Below, piece by piece: positions 38,119 to 46,543 of a stretch of 64,000 bases of DNA. Position 1 is the first letter of the stretch. Every line of letters begins with the position of its first letter. The position numbers and the translations under genes were made by a program. Under the pieces are notes generated by a model that did not search any database, had not been told where the DNA came from, and saw only the letters and a list, made by a program, of their open reading frames with translations. The stretch is taken from positions 147,202-211,201 of the IMG/VR virus record IMGVR_UViG_3300049846_000628. One strand, given 5' to 3'.

Positions 38119-38754
38119 TTAGATCCACTCTAGAGCTTCAGACACTGAGGGGAATTGCTCCTTAAAAACTTCTTTGCAAGCAAGTGCAATATCCATATGC
38201 TCTTTCTGAGTACCGTTTGCAGAACGCAGATTGATATAATGTATCCACGAACGGCAAGAACCGGTCATATAGATGCGTGTGGGCGTCGCCAAGGGCAATA
38301 CAAACCTTGAACACTCCTTTGCTACTCCGTGAGCAAGAAGTTCCTTGTAGAGGCGCATAGACTGTGCAAAATGCTCTTGAATTTTACTCTGCAAAGTCAG
38401 TTTCTCATACTCAGGAATATCATCAATTGAGTTCTGACGATTCTTAGTATCCTGACGACGAAGTTCTGGTACAGGAATGTATTCGGAAATCAGAGAAGTA
38501 TCAGCATACCGTTGCGAAAATTCTTGATATGTAAATGAACGGTGACGAAGGATTTGAGCTGCGATTCCACGATTTGTTTCAATCTCAAGAGTCATAGAAG
38601 ACTGTTCAAAAACAGACCAATGATTGTGATTAATACAATAAGCAAGCAACTTGGCATAGTTTTCGTTGTCTTGATTCGCAGGATTAGAAACTCGCGCAAT
38701 ATACGCCATTGTTTTTTCTGCATCGGGAGTCACCGAAATAAGTTTTACAGTCAT
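38119..38754 (-). CDS. thyX: FAD-dependent thymidylate synthase
   Basis: HWSVFEQ, QILRHRSFTYQEFSQRY (RHRx7S), SRFVLP, LRSANGTQKEH. Confidence 0.97.
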   Translation of the reverse strand: MTVKLISVTPDAEKTMAYIARVSNPANQDNENYAKLLAYCINHNHWSVFEQSSMTLEIETNRGIAAQILRHRSFTYQEFSQRYADTSLISEYIPVPELRRQDTKNRQNSIDDIPEYEKLTLQSKIQEHFAQSMRLYKELLAHGVAKECSRFVLPLATPTRIYMTGSCRSWIHYINLRSANGTQKEHMDIALACKEVFKEQFPSVSEALEWI

Positions 38755-38918
38755 TTCTTTCCAAATCCTTTTGATGTTTTTGCTTCGAGTTCTGCGAGTT
38801 CTTCTTTTAGTGCTCGCAGTTGTTGTTTCATTTCTAAAATTTTTTCATCTGTATAAAGATGCTCTTGCTTCACAAGGCGTTCAAGCAACTTTATAAGTTT
38901 CCGTGCTCTACTAGTCAT
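38751..38918 (-). CDS. small coiled-coil hypothetical protein (55 aa)
   Basis: Manual translation MTSRARKLIKLLERL...SKGFGKK. Confidence 0.65.
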   Translation of the reverse strand: MTSRARKLIKLLERLVKQEHLYTDEKILEMKQQLRALKEELAELEAKTSKGFGKK

Positions 38919-39084
38919 CTAAATCAGAGTCCTCAAAAATTTCGTCGTAATCTAAAATCGGTCTTTTTCTCACATCTGGTTCTGTGTATTTGTATGCAGA
39001 TGTATCAGAATAAACTTCTGCTTTCAGAGAATCAACCAATAATTCAAGATTACGGACAATCAGTTTTAGTTTGTCCTTGTCCAT
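38911..39084 (-). CDS. conserved small hypothetical protein (57 aa, MDKDKLKLIVRNLELLVDSLKAEVYSD...)
   Basis: Manual translation; promoter TTGATC-17-TAAAAT at 39106-39134. Confidence 0.7.
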   Translation of the reverse strand: MDKDKLKLIVRNLELLVDSLKAEVYSDTSAYKYTEPDVRKRPILDYDEIFEDSDLDD

Positions 39085-39195
39085 AAGATACCATTCTCTC
39101 TCAGGATTTTAGCATAAAAAAAGGAGGGGATCAACCCTATAATTATATAAGTTTTTTTGTAATATTTGTTACAATTTTATAAAATCTTAAGGGAC

Positions 39196-39223
39196 AAAAA
39201 AATTGCCGGGAATTTTTCCCAGC
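39196..39223 (-). terminator. intrinsic terminator GCTGGGA-AAAAT-TCCCGGC then U tract
   Basis: GC stem followed by AATTTTTTT just after the 39234 stop. Confidence 0.6.
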
Positions 39224-39233
39224 ATTTGGTAAA

Positions 39234-39602
39234 TCACTTTCGCTTTTTCTTTTCGGGTGACTTGTAACCCCACAGTTTTGGATTGACTCGCCCATATCCA
39301 AAGTCAATACTCTTCAGATTCCCACGAAACTTGTCCCAGTACATATCAAACAAACGAACTCTTGTTCCTCTTGTAAGATCAAAACAAATTTTATCATCCA
39401 CAGAATACTTGATGATATAAGCATCGTTGGGTGCATCTTTCGTACAGACTTCAGCATAAGAACTGTTTTCAATTAGAATATCACATCCGTAGCGTGACTT
39501 ACAGGTTTCTTTTTCTGCTGATGTCCAGTGGTCCATATGCTTTTCTATATTTTGTGGTGTTTGAGTTACATCACGAACTTGACTCACGAACGACCTCCCC
39601 AA
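39234..39602 (-). CDS. conserved cyanophage-type hypothetical protein
   Basis: ORF track; LFDMYWDKF...GYGRVNPKLWGY; start probably GTG near 39587. Confidence 0.7.
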   Translation of the reverse strand: MGRSFVSQVRDVTQTPQNIEKHMDHWTSAEKETCKSRYGCDILIENSSYAEVCTKDAPNDAYIIKYSVDDKICFDLTRGTRVRLFDMYWDKFRGNLKSIDFGYGRVNPKLWGYKSPEKKKRK

Positions 39603-40222
39603 TGAATATCTGGATAAGCTTCAGCAACGATCTCTTTTGTGATCTTATACTTATCACCAAGTTTTTTATCCTTTACAAGGCAAACAATTTCTGCTTCAAG
39701 AGGATGAAGCCCTTCAAGGATTGAAATGAACATTGATTCTCTACGAATATTATTCAGTCCATCATTACCACCTTTTACAAAGTGATAGAAGTTCTTGAAC
39801 TCTTTACGGATTGTTGTACGTCCCTGATTATCACTAGATCCAAGAGAGAAGGATCCAGTCTCGTGCATCTTACGGACTTCCTCAGTGATTTTAGTGCTTA
39901 AGGTTCCATTGTAGGAAGTTTGATCCGAGTATCCTGAGTAAGGAACTGGTCCTTCAGGAAGCATTGAAATTACAGTCTCATCAAAGTTCCAAATGAGAAC
40001 TGCTTTCAACGATGGATGCTCATACTTTTTAAGGATCTCCACCTTTTTAGCATTTGACCTTTGCCTTGATACAAGATCAAAAATCTCAAATGTAAAAGGA
40101 TTTGATGGGAGATTATCTACAACTGCTGGAGTTGTGGGTTTTTTTGTCTGAACTACCTTTGCTTTAGGCGTCGTCGTCTTCTTCTGTGTCGTAGTCATAA
40201 TAGTTTTCAAAATTAAATGCAA
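39584..40222 (-). CDS. conserved T4-like phage hypothetical protein
   Basis: LPEGPVPY...RESMFISILEGLHPLEAE motif. Confidence 0.75.
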   Translation of the reverse strand: MHLILKTIMTTTQKKTTTPKAKVVQTKKPTTPAVVDNLPSNPFTFEIFDLVSRQRSNAKKVEILKKYEHPSLKAVLIWNFDETVISMLPEGPVPYSGYSDQTSYNGTLSTKITEEVRKMHETGSFSLGSSDNQGRTTIRKEFKNFYHFVKGGNDGLNNIRRESMFISILEGLHPLEAEIVCLVKDKKLGDKYKITKEIVAEAYPDIHWGGRS

Positions 40223-40391
40223 TTACTTCGTCAGGTATAAGATTACCTTGTTGGTCGAACATCTCAGGATGAGGTCTAGGAATTTCCCGATAGTTCATCA
40301 TATATTCTCTTGCTACCCAACCAGTTACAAGTCCCACTATAAGAAACAAAACGGTTAAAAATGAACCGAAAACTAGGCTAACTGCGAGCAT
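40164..40391 (-). CDS. small membrane protein
   Basis: N-terminal hydrophobic helix; HPEMFDQQGNL. Confidence 0.65.
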   Translation of the reverse strand: MLAVSLVFGSFLTVLFLIVGLVTGWVAREYMMNYREIPRPHPEMFDQQGNLIPDEVIAFNFENYYDYDTEEDDDA

Positions 40392-40593
40392 TTTTCTTTC
40401 TCCGGGAAACTACTGTTTTTTTCTTTACATCTAAAGAAAATTCAAAATAGATGGTTACTTCCCGATGGAGAAAGCAAACCAATTTCTGAAAAATAATGTG
40501 GAAGTATTTGGGTTGCTTTCTTTTCCCTCCATTTAGAAAAATTTCAACACCACGATTCCTGTGGTTAAACTTATTTATGTTCGTATCAGACAA
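40378..40593 (-). CDS. hypothetical protein
   Basis: ORF track; NRGVEIFLNGG. Confidence 0.6.
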   Translation of the reverse strand: MSDTNINKFNHRNRGVEIFLNGGKRKQPKYFHIIFQKLVCFLHREVTIYFEFSLDVKKKTVVSRRKKNARS

Positions 40594-40822
40594 TTTGTTT
40601 TTCTTTCAGGAATTTTACAGTGTCCGTACACCCACCCAATTTTTGATTATCACAGATAACTTGAGGGAATGTAGTTCCTTCACCAAACTCAGCATAAAAT
40701 TCATCTTTGGTGAAGTGCTCATCAAGATTATACACTACAAAGTTGCTTCCCGTCAACTCTAATACTTGTTTGACCTTGTAACAATAAGGACAATTATCTT
40801 TTGAATATACAGTGAAATTCAT
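40586..40822 (-). CDS. nrdC: glutaredoxin
   Basis: YSKDNCPYC, TFPQV, GGCTD; ATG at 40822. Confidence 0.92.
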   Translation of the reverse strand: MNFTVYSKDNCPYCYKVKQVLELTGSNFVVYNLDEHFTKDEFYAEFGEGTTFPQVICDNQKLGGCTDTVKFLKEKQIV

Positions 40823-40862
40823 ATCTGAACAAGACAAAATAAGATTTAATATAATTTATAAG

Positions 40863-40963
40863 AAAAAAGAGGAGGTAAAATCCTCCTCTCATTATACCAC
40901 CAACTCACCTCTCCCACCACAGAGAGGGTCTTCATTCCCAAAGTTACAAGGATATTGAAGACT
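40863..40963 (-). ncRNA. candidate ~100-nt structured small RNA with own promoter and terminator
   Basis: Hairpins GTCTTCA/TGAAGAC and CCTCTCT/GGAGAGG, terminator GAGGAGG-ATTTTA-CCTCCTC-T6. Confidence 0.7.
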
Positions 40964-40968
40964 TGAAT

Positions 40969-40997
40969 ATTATAAGGTATTTTCACAAAAAAGTCAA
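40969..40997 (-). promoter_or_regulatory. sigma70 promoter TTGACT-17-TATAAT
   Basis: Near-consensus; drives the candidate sRNA. Confidence 0.85.
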
Positions 40998-41362
40998 GTG
41001 GTTTGTAAAGACTGAATATAGTCTTTGGAATTTTGAATATCTGCCTCAACAGCAGCAATTTGCTCTTCAAGACGAGTATATTCATCAGTCCCTTCTTCAA
41101 GACCAGAAAGTTCTTCTCTAAGAGTGGTTAAGTATTGTTCATTATTTGTAATTCTTTCTTGATGAGCTGCGATATCCCCTTCTACAGTATAAGGAGGTGG
41201 AACTGGATGAGTAATCGTTGCTTCAATTTCAAATTCTCCACCCTTCTCATCAATAAGAGCCTGGACTTCTTCTAGAGTATATCCAGTATCATTATTACCA
41301 TCAGCAGTCAAATAGTAAAGATGATTTAAAGGTAGAGTAAGCGTTGTCGTTTCAGTTGCCAT
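40994..41362 (-). CDS. acidic coiled-coil hypothetical protein
   Basis: MATETTTLTLPL...; ATAAATA late-like site upstream. Confidence 0.65.
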   Translation of the reverse strand: MATETTTLTLPLNHLYYLTADGNNDTGYTLEEVQALIDEKGGEFEIEATITHPVPPPYTVEGDIAAHQERITNNEQYLTTLREELSGLEEGTDEYTRLEEQIAAVEADIQNSKDYIQSLQTT

Positions 41363-41391
41363 AGTTTTATATTTTGTTTTTTTTTTATTTA

Positions 41392-42144
41392 TCAATATGT
41401 TAAGTGCCTAAGAGAGTTTTTATGCTCTTGTGCAATTAAAAATGGTTGAGATGCAACTTGTTGAAAAACTTCAAAGATATCATTTTGATTTGATTTCCAA
41501 TGAGTTCCACCGCCATCTTGTTTTTGCTTAAAACTTGTGCGGTCTTGATGTCTTTTCACCATCGTCTCAAAATCAAAACGATGAAGGTGTGCAATGTAAC
41601 AATCACGATGATAGTTATTGTTTTTACCTTTCAGTGAGTGAAATCCCCAGTTCCATTCAAGAGAAATTTTAGACATCAATGTTTTATCTTCAGCAGCATC
41701 TTTATACCAGATGTTTCTTTTTTCAAAAATAAAATCTCCAGTTTGAAGCGCAGGTTCATTTTGAATATCTTGAATTACACTATAACCACTGAAGGTTAGG
41801 TATAAGTCATCACCAGCAATAAACTCATCTATTGTTTGATTGAATGGTTTTTCAAGAGAGTATAAAATCTCATCACTCTCTGCAAAAATCACACACTCAT
41901 AATCTTTCAAAAGTTCTTTTTGAAAGTCTTGTGCAATTTTAACTAACCACTCATGGTCATTTACATAATCATTTGCAACAGTTCTTACATTGACTGGAAG
42001 ATTTGAAGTAGACCCATCTGTGGAATGATGGTCTAGAACATAAATGTCTTGATTATTAAAATACTGCTGATAATGCCTTAACCAAATCGGTAAAAAAATA
42101 CTTTCATTTTTTACTGTTGTAAATACGGCACACTTCTTTTTCAT
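41392..42144 (-). CDS. GT-A fold glycosyltransferase (GT2-like)
   Basis: FTTVKNESIFLPIWLRHY...YVLDHHSTDGS...FAESDEI. Confidence 0.75.
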   Translation of the reverse strand: MKKKCAVFTTVKNESIFLPIWLRHYQQYFNNQDIYVLDHHSTDGSTSNLPVNVRTVANDYVNDHEWLVKIAQDFQKELLKDYECVIFAESDEILYSLEKPFNQTIDEFIAGDDLYLTFSGYSVIQDIQNEPALQTGDFIFEKRNIWYKDAAEDKTLMSKISLEWNWGFHSLKGKNNNYHRDCYIAHLHRFDFETMVKRHQDRTSFKQKQDGGGTHWKSNQNDIFEVFQQVASQPFLIAQEHKNSLRHLTY

Positions 42145-43226
42145 TCAATATCTCCAAACTTATTCATTGCTGACTTAATAGTTGCGTCCATGTCCATATA
42201 CTTATACTCACAAAGTCTACCACCAAATATAAAATTGGTCAATATTTTGGACTTGTCTTTGTATAATTGATATAACTTTTGATTATCTTCATTATTAATT
42301 GGGTAATATGGAATCATTCCTTTTTGATAATCTTGTGGATACTCATAAGAAATTATTGTATGAGGTGTATTAATAGATTGAAAATGTTTATGCTCTATAA
42401 TTCGGGTATGATTAAATGATTTATCACAGTAATTAATGACTGCATTGCCTTGAAAATTATCCACAGAATGATATTCTTCTTTGAAGTCTAAAGAACGATA
42501 CTCAAGACTTCCATACTCATAATCAAAAAATTCATCAATACAACCAGTATAAACAACTTGATTTGAAATTGAGTTAAAGTATTCTTTGTTAGAAAAATAA
42601 TCAGTATTAAGTTTGACTTCAATATTATCCAACATCTTGTTTATCATTTGAGTATATCCATCCGTTGGAATACCTTGATACTTATCGTTGAAGTAATTAT
42701 TGTTAAAAGTAAATCTCAATGGAAGTCTTTTAATAATAAATGCGGGAAGTTCTATTGCTGATTTACCCCATTGCTTTTCTGTATATTCTTTAATCAAAGT
42801 GTTGTAAATATCAGACCCAACCAAATATAATGCTTGCTCTTCTAAATTGGTTGGATTAATTTGAAGTGTCTGTTTTTCAATAATTTTTTTTGCTTCTTGT
42901 GGATTTGTAACTCCCCATAACTCATAAAAAGTATTCATATTAAAAGGAAGTGAATATAACTTCCCCTTTGAAAATGCTTTGGGTGAATTGATAAAAGAAT
43001 TAAAAGACGCAAAACGATTTACAAAGTTCCATACTTTTTCATTACTTGTATGAAAAATATGTGCTCCGTATTTGTGTATATGAATGTCTTCTATCTTTTC
43101 TGTATAACAATTACCACCAATATGAGACCTTTTATCAATGACTAAACAAGACTTACCACTATCAGCAGCAAGTCTTGCGAATGTTGCACCGAATAAACCA
43201 GCACCAACAATTAGATAATCATACAA
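42141..43226 (-). CDS. glf: UDP-galactopyranose mutase
   Basis: IVGAGLFG, HIGGNCY, HKYGAHIFHT, YTEKQWG, IIKRLPLR, YQGIP, RIIEHKHF, PYYPIN, GRLCEYKYMDM. Confidence 0.95.
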   Translation of the reverse strand: MYDYLIVGAGLFGATFARLAADSGKSCLVIDKRSHIGGNCYTEKIEDIHIHKYGAHIFHTSNEKVWNFVNRFASFNSFINSPKAFSKGKLYSLPFNMNTFYELWGVTNPQEAKKIIEKQTLQINPTNLEEQALYLVGSDIYNTLIKEYTEKQWGKSAIELPAFIIKRLPLRFTFNNNYFNDKYQGIPTDGYTQMINKMLDNIEVKLNTDYFSNKEYFNSISNQVVYTGCIDEFFDYEYGSLEYRSLDFKEEYHSVDNFQGNAVINYCDKSFNHTRIIEHKHFQSINTPHTIISYEYPQDYQKGMIPYYPINNEDNQKLYQLYKDKSKILTNFIFGGRLCEYKYMDMDATIKSAMNKFGDIE

Positions 43227-45074
43227 TTATCCTTTCCTCCACAACTCCTTAGAGAATTGAACCCAGTCTTTCACTCTGGTTTCCCAACTATAATACTCAT
43301 TACAAATTTCAACCTGTCTTGTATTATCAAACTCACCATTACGATACTCAGTAATGGTTCTCTTGAGTTCTCTAGTAAATCGTTCAATATGTTTTTGACG
43401 GTCTGGAATAAAACCATAGTGTCTTGCAAACCCAAGACCAGTCTCAGGAAGTGCAGCAAGGTTAGAAGAAAGCACAGAGCATCCAGCACACAATGCTTCA
43501 ATCATACAAATACAAGATGTTTCCATAAAGTAAGTTGGATAAGCAAAGATGTGAGTATTCATCAGTTGCTCACGAATCTTAGAATTATTTGTGCGTGTGT
43601 GACGAACAACTCTCTTATCCTGATTTGCAAGACTTAAACAATACCGAAGAAACTGTTCTTCTTGTGGATTAATATGTGAGTATTCGTAAGTTTGAAGACC
43701 CTGTTGGAATTGTTTTTTCCTTTCATCAGGGTCAAGTTCATGGAAAATGTGAAGTTCAAAGTCTTCTTCTGGAATGAGTTTAATACTTTCAAGAAGAATA
43801 TCCAATCCACGAATTGGATTTGAATGGAACATCAGTTGCAGTTTTCCTTCTGGTTTCTTATGAACTGGGAATGGTTGCGTTGCATTTTTCAGAACATAAC
43901 ACTTCTCCATCGGCAGTTGAAGTCTTTCACCAAACCTCTCATACTGCCAGTTAGAGACAAACACGTATGCCTTAAAGTGTTTCTGGAATTCCTTATCTAA
44001 TAGTCGTTCAATACCCTCTTCCATATGGTGAGGGTGTAACCACACGATATTAGAACTATCGGGAGACAAAGTATTATCACCTGGAATGACTGCCCAGTGC
44101 CAGTCAGCAAGGTCAGGAGCAGCAGGAAGAACATAGTCTTGCCAGGAGCGACCCATAAGTTCGGTGCCACCTACACCATCAGGGTTGAGAACTGCTTCCA
44201 GAAGTGGAGGCATATTATTATGAAGATATTCTGGTTTTGTAATTACTTCTGGTTGCATCATTTCATAAAACTCCTTTGGAAATATTTTTGTAATCAGACT
44301 TCTTAATTCTTCTGGAAAGTTACTAAAGTTGTAGTCTTTAAAGTTTTCATTCCTACCGAACAAATCTTTTTTAGATTCAATCGCATTCAAAATATTACTA
44401 TCATTAATTATAGCATCTTTATTGAATTCTTGGTGTGCAAATGATTGTAATTTGGTTCTAATTCTTTCGGTGTCACCAAAATATGAGAAGTGCCACCCAC
44501 CTTGTTCAACAAAAGGAAACTCATATGCTTTGTATCTTAAGAAATCACATCCCTTCTCAGTCGCATTTGAAACTGTAGTGAAGACAGTTCCTCCCCAAAG
44601 ACTATCGTGAAAGGTCTTAAAGTTATAATAAAACAAATCACACTTTGCGGTTGCAACAAAATCTCTTTCAAGTCTTTGTTGACTCAAATACTGAATTGCT
44701 TCTGCCCTTGGAATCTCATCAGCATCACTCACCATAAACAAATCATCTGGTGAAAACTGTTTCAAACCTTCTATGATATGTGCTCGTTGACCCCTCTCAA
44801 TCTTCCAAAATCCAGATTCAAAATTACATTCATCACGATTTGAAAAGTCATAATCAGTAATATCTGGTTCATACTTCAGACGAATAATCTTTCTACGAAT
44901 ATCTTCATCAAACTCACCAAGAACCTCATCAAGATAATAAGGTTTTGGATTACCTGCGTGAGTATAGTTGCACTCACTAATTACAAAGTAATCAACAACA
45001 TTCTTAAGATAATTCAATCGCAGTTTGACTATATCAAACTCATTAAAGAATAAAAAACTATCAATGACTTTCAT
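43227..45074 (-). CDS. fusion: GT17 (MGAT3-like) domain plus GT-B glycosyltransferase
   Basis: N: DSFLFFNEFDIVKLRL...VDYFVISE...SDADEIP...GGWHFSYFGD...SFAHQE; C: GGTE...SNWQ...RGLDIL...HIFAYPTYFMETSCICMIEALCAG. Confidence 0.85.
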   Translation of the reverse strand: MKVIDSFLFFNEFDIVKLRLNYLKNVVDYFVISECNYTHAGNPKPYYLDEVLGEFDEDIRRKIIRLKYEPDITDYDFSNRDECNFESGFWKIERGQRAHIIEGLKQFSPDDLFMVSDADEIPRAEAIQYLSQQRLERDFVATAKCDLFYYNFKTFHDSLWGGTVFTTVSNATEKGCDFLRYKAYEFPFVEQGGWHFSYFGDTERIRTKLQSFAHQEFNKDAIINDSNILNAIESKKDLFGRNENFKDYNFSNFPEELRSLITKIFPKEFYEMMQPEVITKPEYLHNNMPPLLEAVLNPDGVGGTELMGRSWQDYVLPAAPDLADWHWAVIPGDNTLSPDSSNIVWLHPHHMEEGIERLLDKEFQKHFKAYVFVSNWQYERFGERLQLPMEKCYVLKNATQPFPVHKKPEGKLQLMFHSNPIRGLDILLESIKLIPEEDFELHIFHELDPDERKKQFQQGLQTYEYSHINPQEEQFLRYCLSLANQDKRVVRHTRTNNSKIREQLMNTHIFAYPTYFMETSCICMIEALCAGCSVLSSNLAALPETGLGFARHYGFIPDRQKHIERFTRELKRTITEYRNGEFDNTRQVEICNEYYSWETRVKDWVQFSKELWRKG

Positions 45075-45704
45075 TTATTTCTTCTCGTAGACGTAACAAT
45101 CATAACCAGCAAGTACATTTTGATTTCCCAGTGTTTCTCTCACCGCACGATAAGCACTACTTGCATTTGAATTATAATAATGATCTAGTTCATAACTATT
45201 TCCAGTTGGTCTCATACCCCAAGAAGTGGGTTGAGGTGGAAAATAATAATCGTGTCCCGCAAGAACACCACCTCTTTTTACTTTAGGCAACCAAGAAATA
45301 ATATCATCTTTAATGTCCTCATATTCGTGAGAACCATCAATAAAAACAAAATCAAGACTTTCATCCTGAAACTTTTGAACTGCTTCCATAGAAGACATTC
45401 TCATATCTTGGTAATAACCTTCAACAGATTTCATATTATCTTTAAAGATATTATAAAGACGTGGTAGTTCTGGATTGTTTTGATGTTCTACACTTCCTTC
45501 AAAAGTATCTACACAATAGAAGTCAATTTGCTTTCCAGAATTAGCAATCTCAACACACATAAAAGCAGAAGACTTACCTTTCCATGACCCAATTTCAACA
45601 AATTTACTACCAGAAGGAAACCTGTTTACCATATCCTTATAAAGTTCTGGATAAGTAAACCAGTCTTCACCAAACTCAGGTTGATGGTAAATATGAGGGA
45701 TCAT
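45075..45704 (-). CDS. class I SAM-dependent methyltransferase (Methyltransf_24-like)
   Basis: VEIGSWKGKS...DTFEGS...LDFVFIDGSHEYE...GGVLAGHDY. Confidence 0.88.
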   Translation of the reverse strand: MIPHIYHQPEFGEDWFTYPELYKDMVNRFPSGSKFVEIGSWKGKSSAFMCVEIANSGKQIDFYCVDTFEGSVEHQNNPELPRLYNIFKDNMKSVEGYYQDMRMSSMEAVQKFQDESLDFVFIDGSHEYEDIKDDIISWLPKVKRGGVLAGHDYYFPPQPTSWGMRPTGNSYELDHYYNSNASSAYRAVRETLGNQNVLAGYDCYVYEKK

Positions 45705-46543
45705 AAAACCTCCTTTAAGAAGTTTTCCATTGGAGACTTCTTAAAGATTTCAAGACCTTTTTCTGCTTGTGCGTCAAGTTCTTCTGGTTTCTTGAGAAGT
45801 CTGTAAGCAGTATCCACAAAACGATTGTAAGTTGAAGTGAATACCGTGTCTTCCATATAATCAGGGAAGTCTGTATCAGGGTTTCTTTCTGCAAGAACTG
45901 GAACTTTGTTTTGAATCAAATGAGATACACGAACCATTTCAAAGATTTGATTATCGTGATTATGAAGGTTGATGACTAACTTTGCTCTCTTGATATATTC
46001 ATCTCGTTCATCACCATAAGTTGATTGAATATGAACAAAGTTCAGTTTTGGATTGTTTGAAAACTGCTCCATAATATGAACTCTTCGTGGTGAAGGGCAT
46101 CCATAAAACAGAATATCAATATCACGGTCTTGTGGTTTATTTCTTTCAAAGTATGAAATCTCTGGAACATAACCAATCTTACAGTACTTAATATTCTCCA
46201 CACCTGCCTTTTGAAGAACCTCTACATTACGAAGAGAATAATCCCATACTTCAAGACCACGATACTTACGACACCAACGCATACACTCTGGTTGGTCTTT
46301 CATTTGTTCCAGAGAATAAACAATTGTTCCTTTTGGAATATCATGTCTTACCACATCAACAGGACAGTGATGCATTCCAAACACGATATTTCTTCGGTCT
46401 GATGCAAATTGATTTGTGCTATTTGTTACATCATGTCCCAATCGTTGTAGAGAAAAAAACATTGCTGCTTCAATCTCATGAAAGACTTGTGCGTGAACAT
46501 CAAATCCATTATCAGGAACAATTCTTACTAAATTAAATTTCAC
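45701..46543 (-). CDS. GT-B-like glycosyltransferase
   Basis: YSLEQ...VWDYS...DIDILFYG...RAKLVINLH...FEMVRVSHL; probable GTG start at 46543. Confidence 0.65.
   Translation of the reverse strand: MKFNLVRIVPDNGFDVHAQVFHEIEAAMFFSLQRLGHDVTNSTNQFASDRRNIVFGMHHCPVDVVRHDIPKGTIVYSLEQMKDQPECMRWCRKYRGLEVWDYSLRNVEVLQKAGVENIKYCKIGYVPEISYFERNKPQDRDIDILFYGCPSPRRVHIMEQFSNNPKLNFVHIQSTYGDERDEYIKRAKLVINLHNHDNQIFEMVRVSHLIQNKVPVLAERNPDTDFPDYMEDTVFTSTYNRFVDTAYRLLKKPEELDAQAEKGLEIFKKSPMENFLKEVL

Noticed and set aside
40846-41100. 84-aa minus-strand ORF spanning the sRNA
   Set aside because: Runs through a promoter and a terminator and overlaps another gene out of frame; RNA structure explains the region better.
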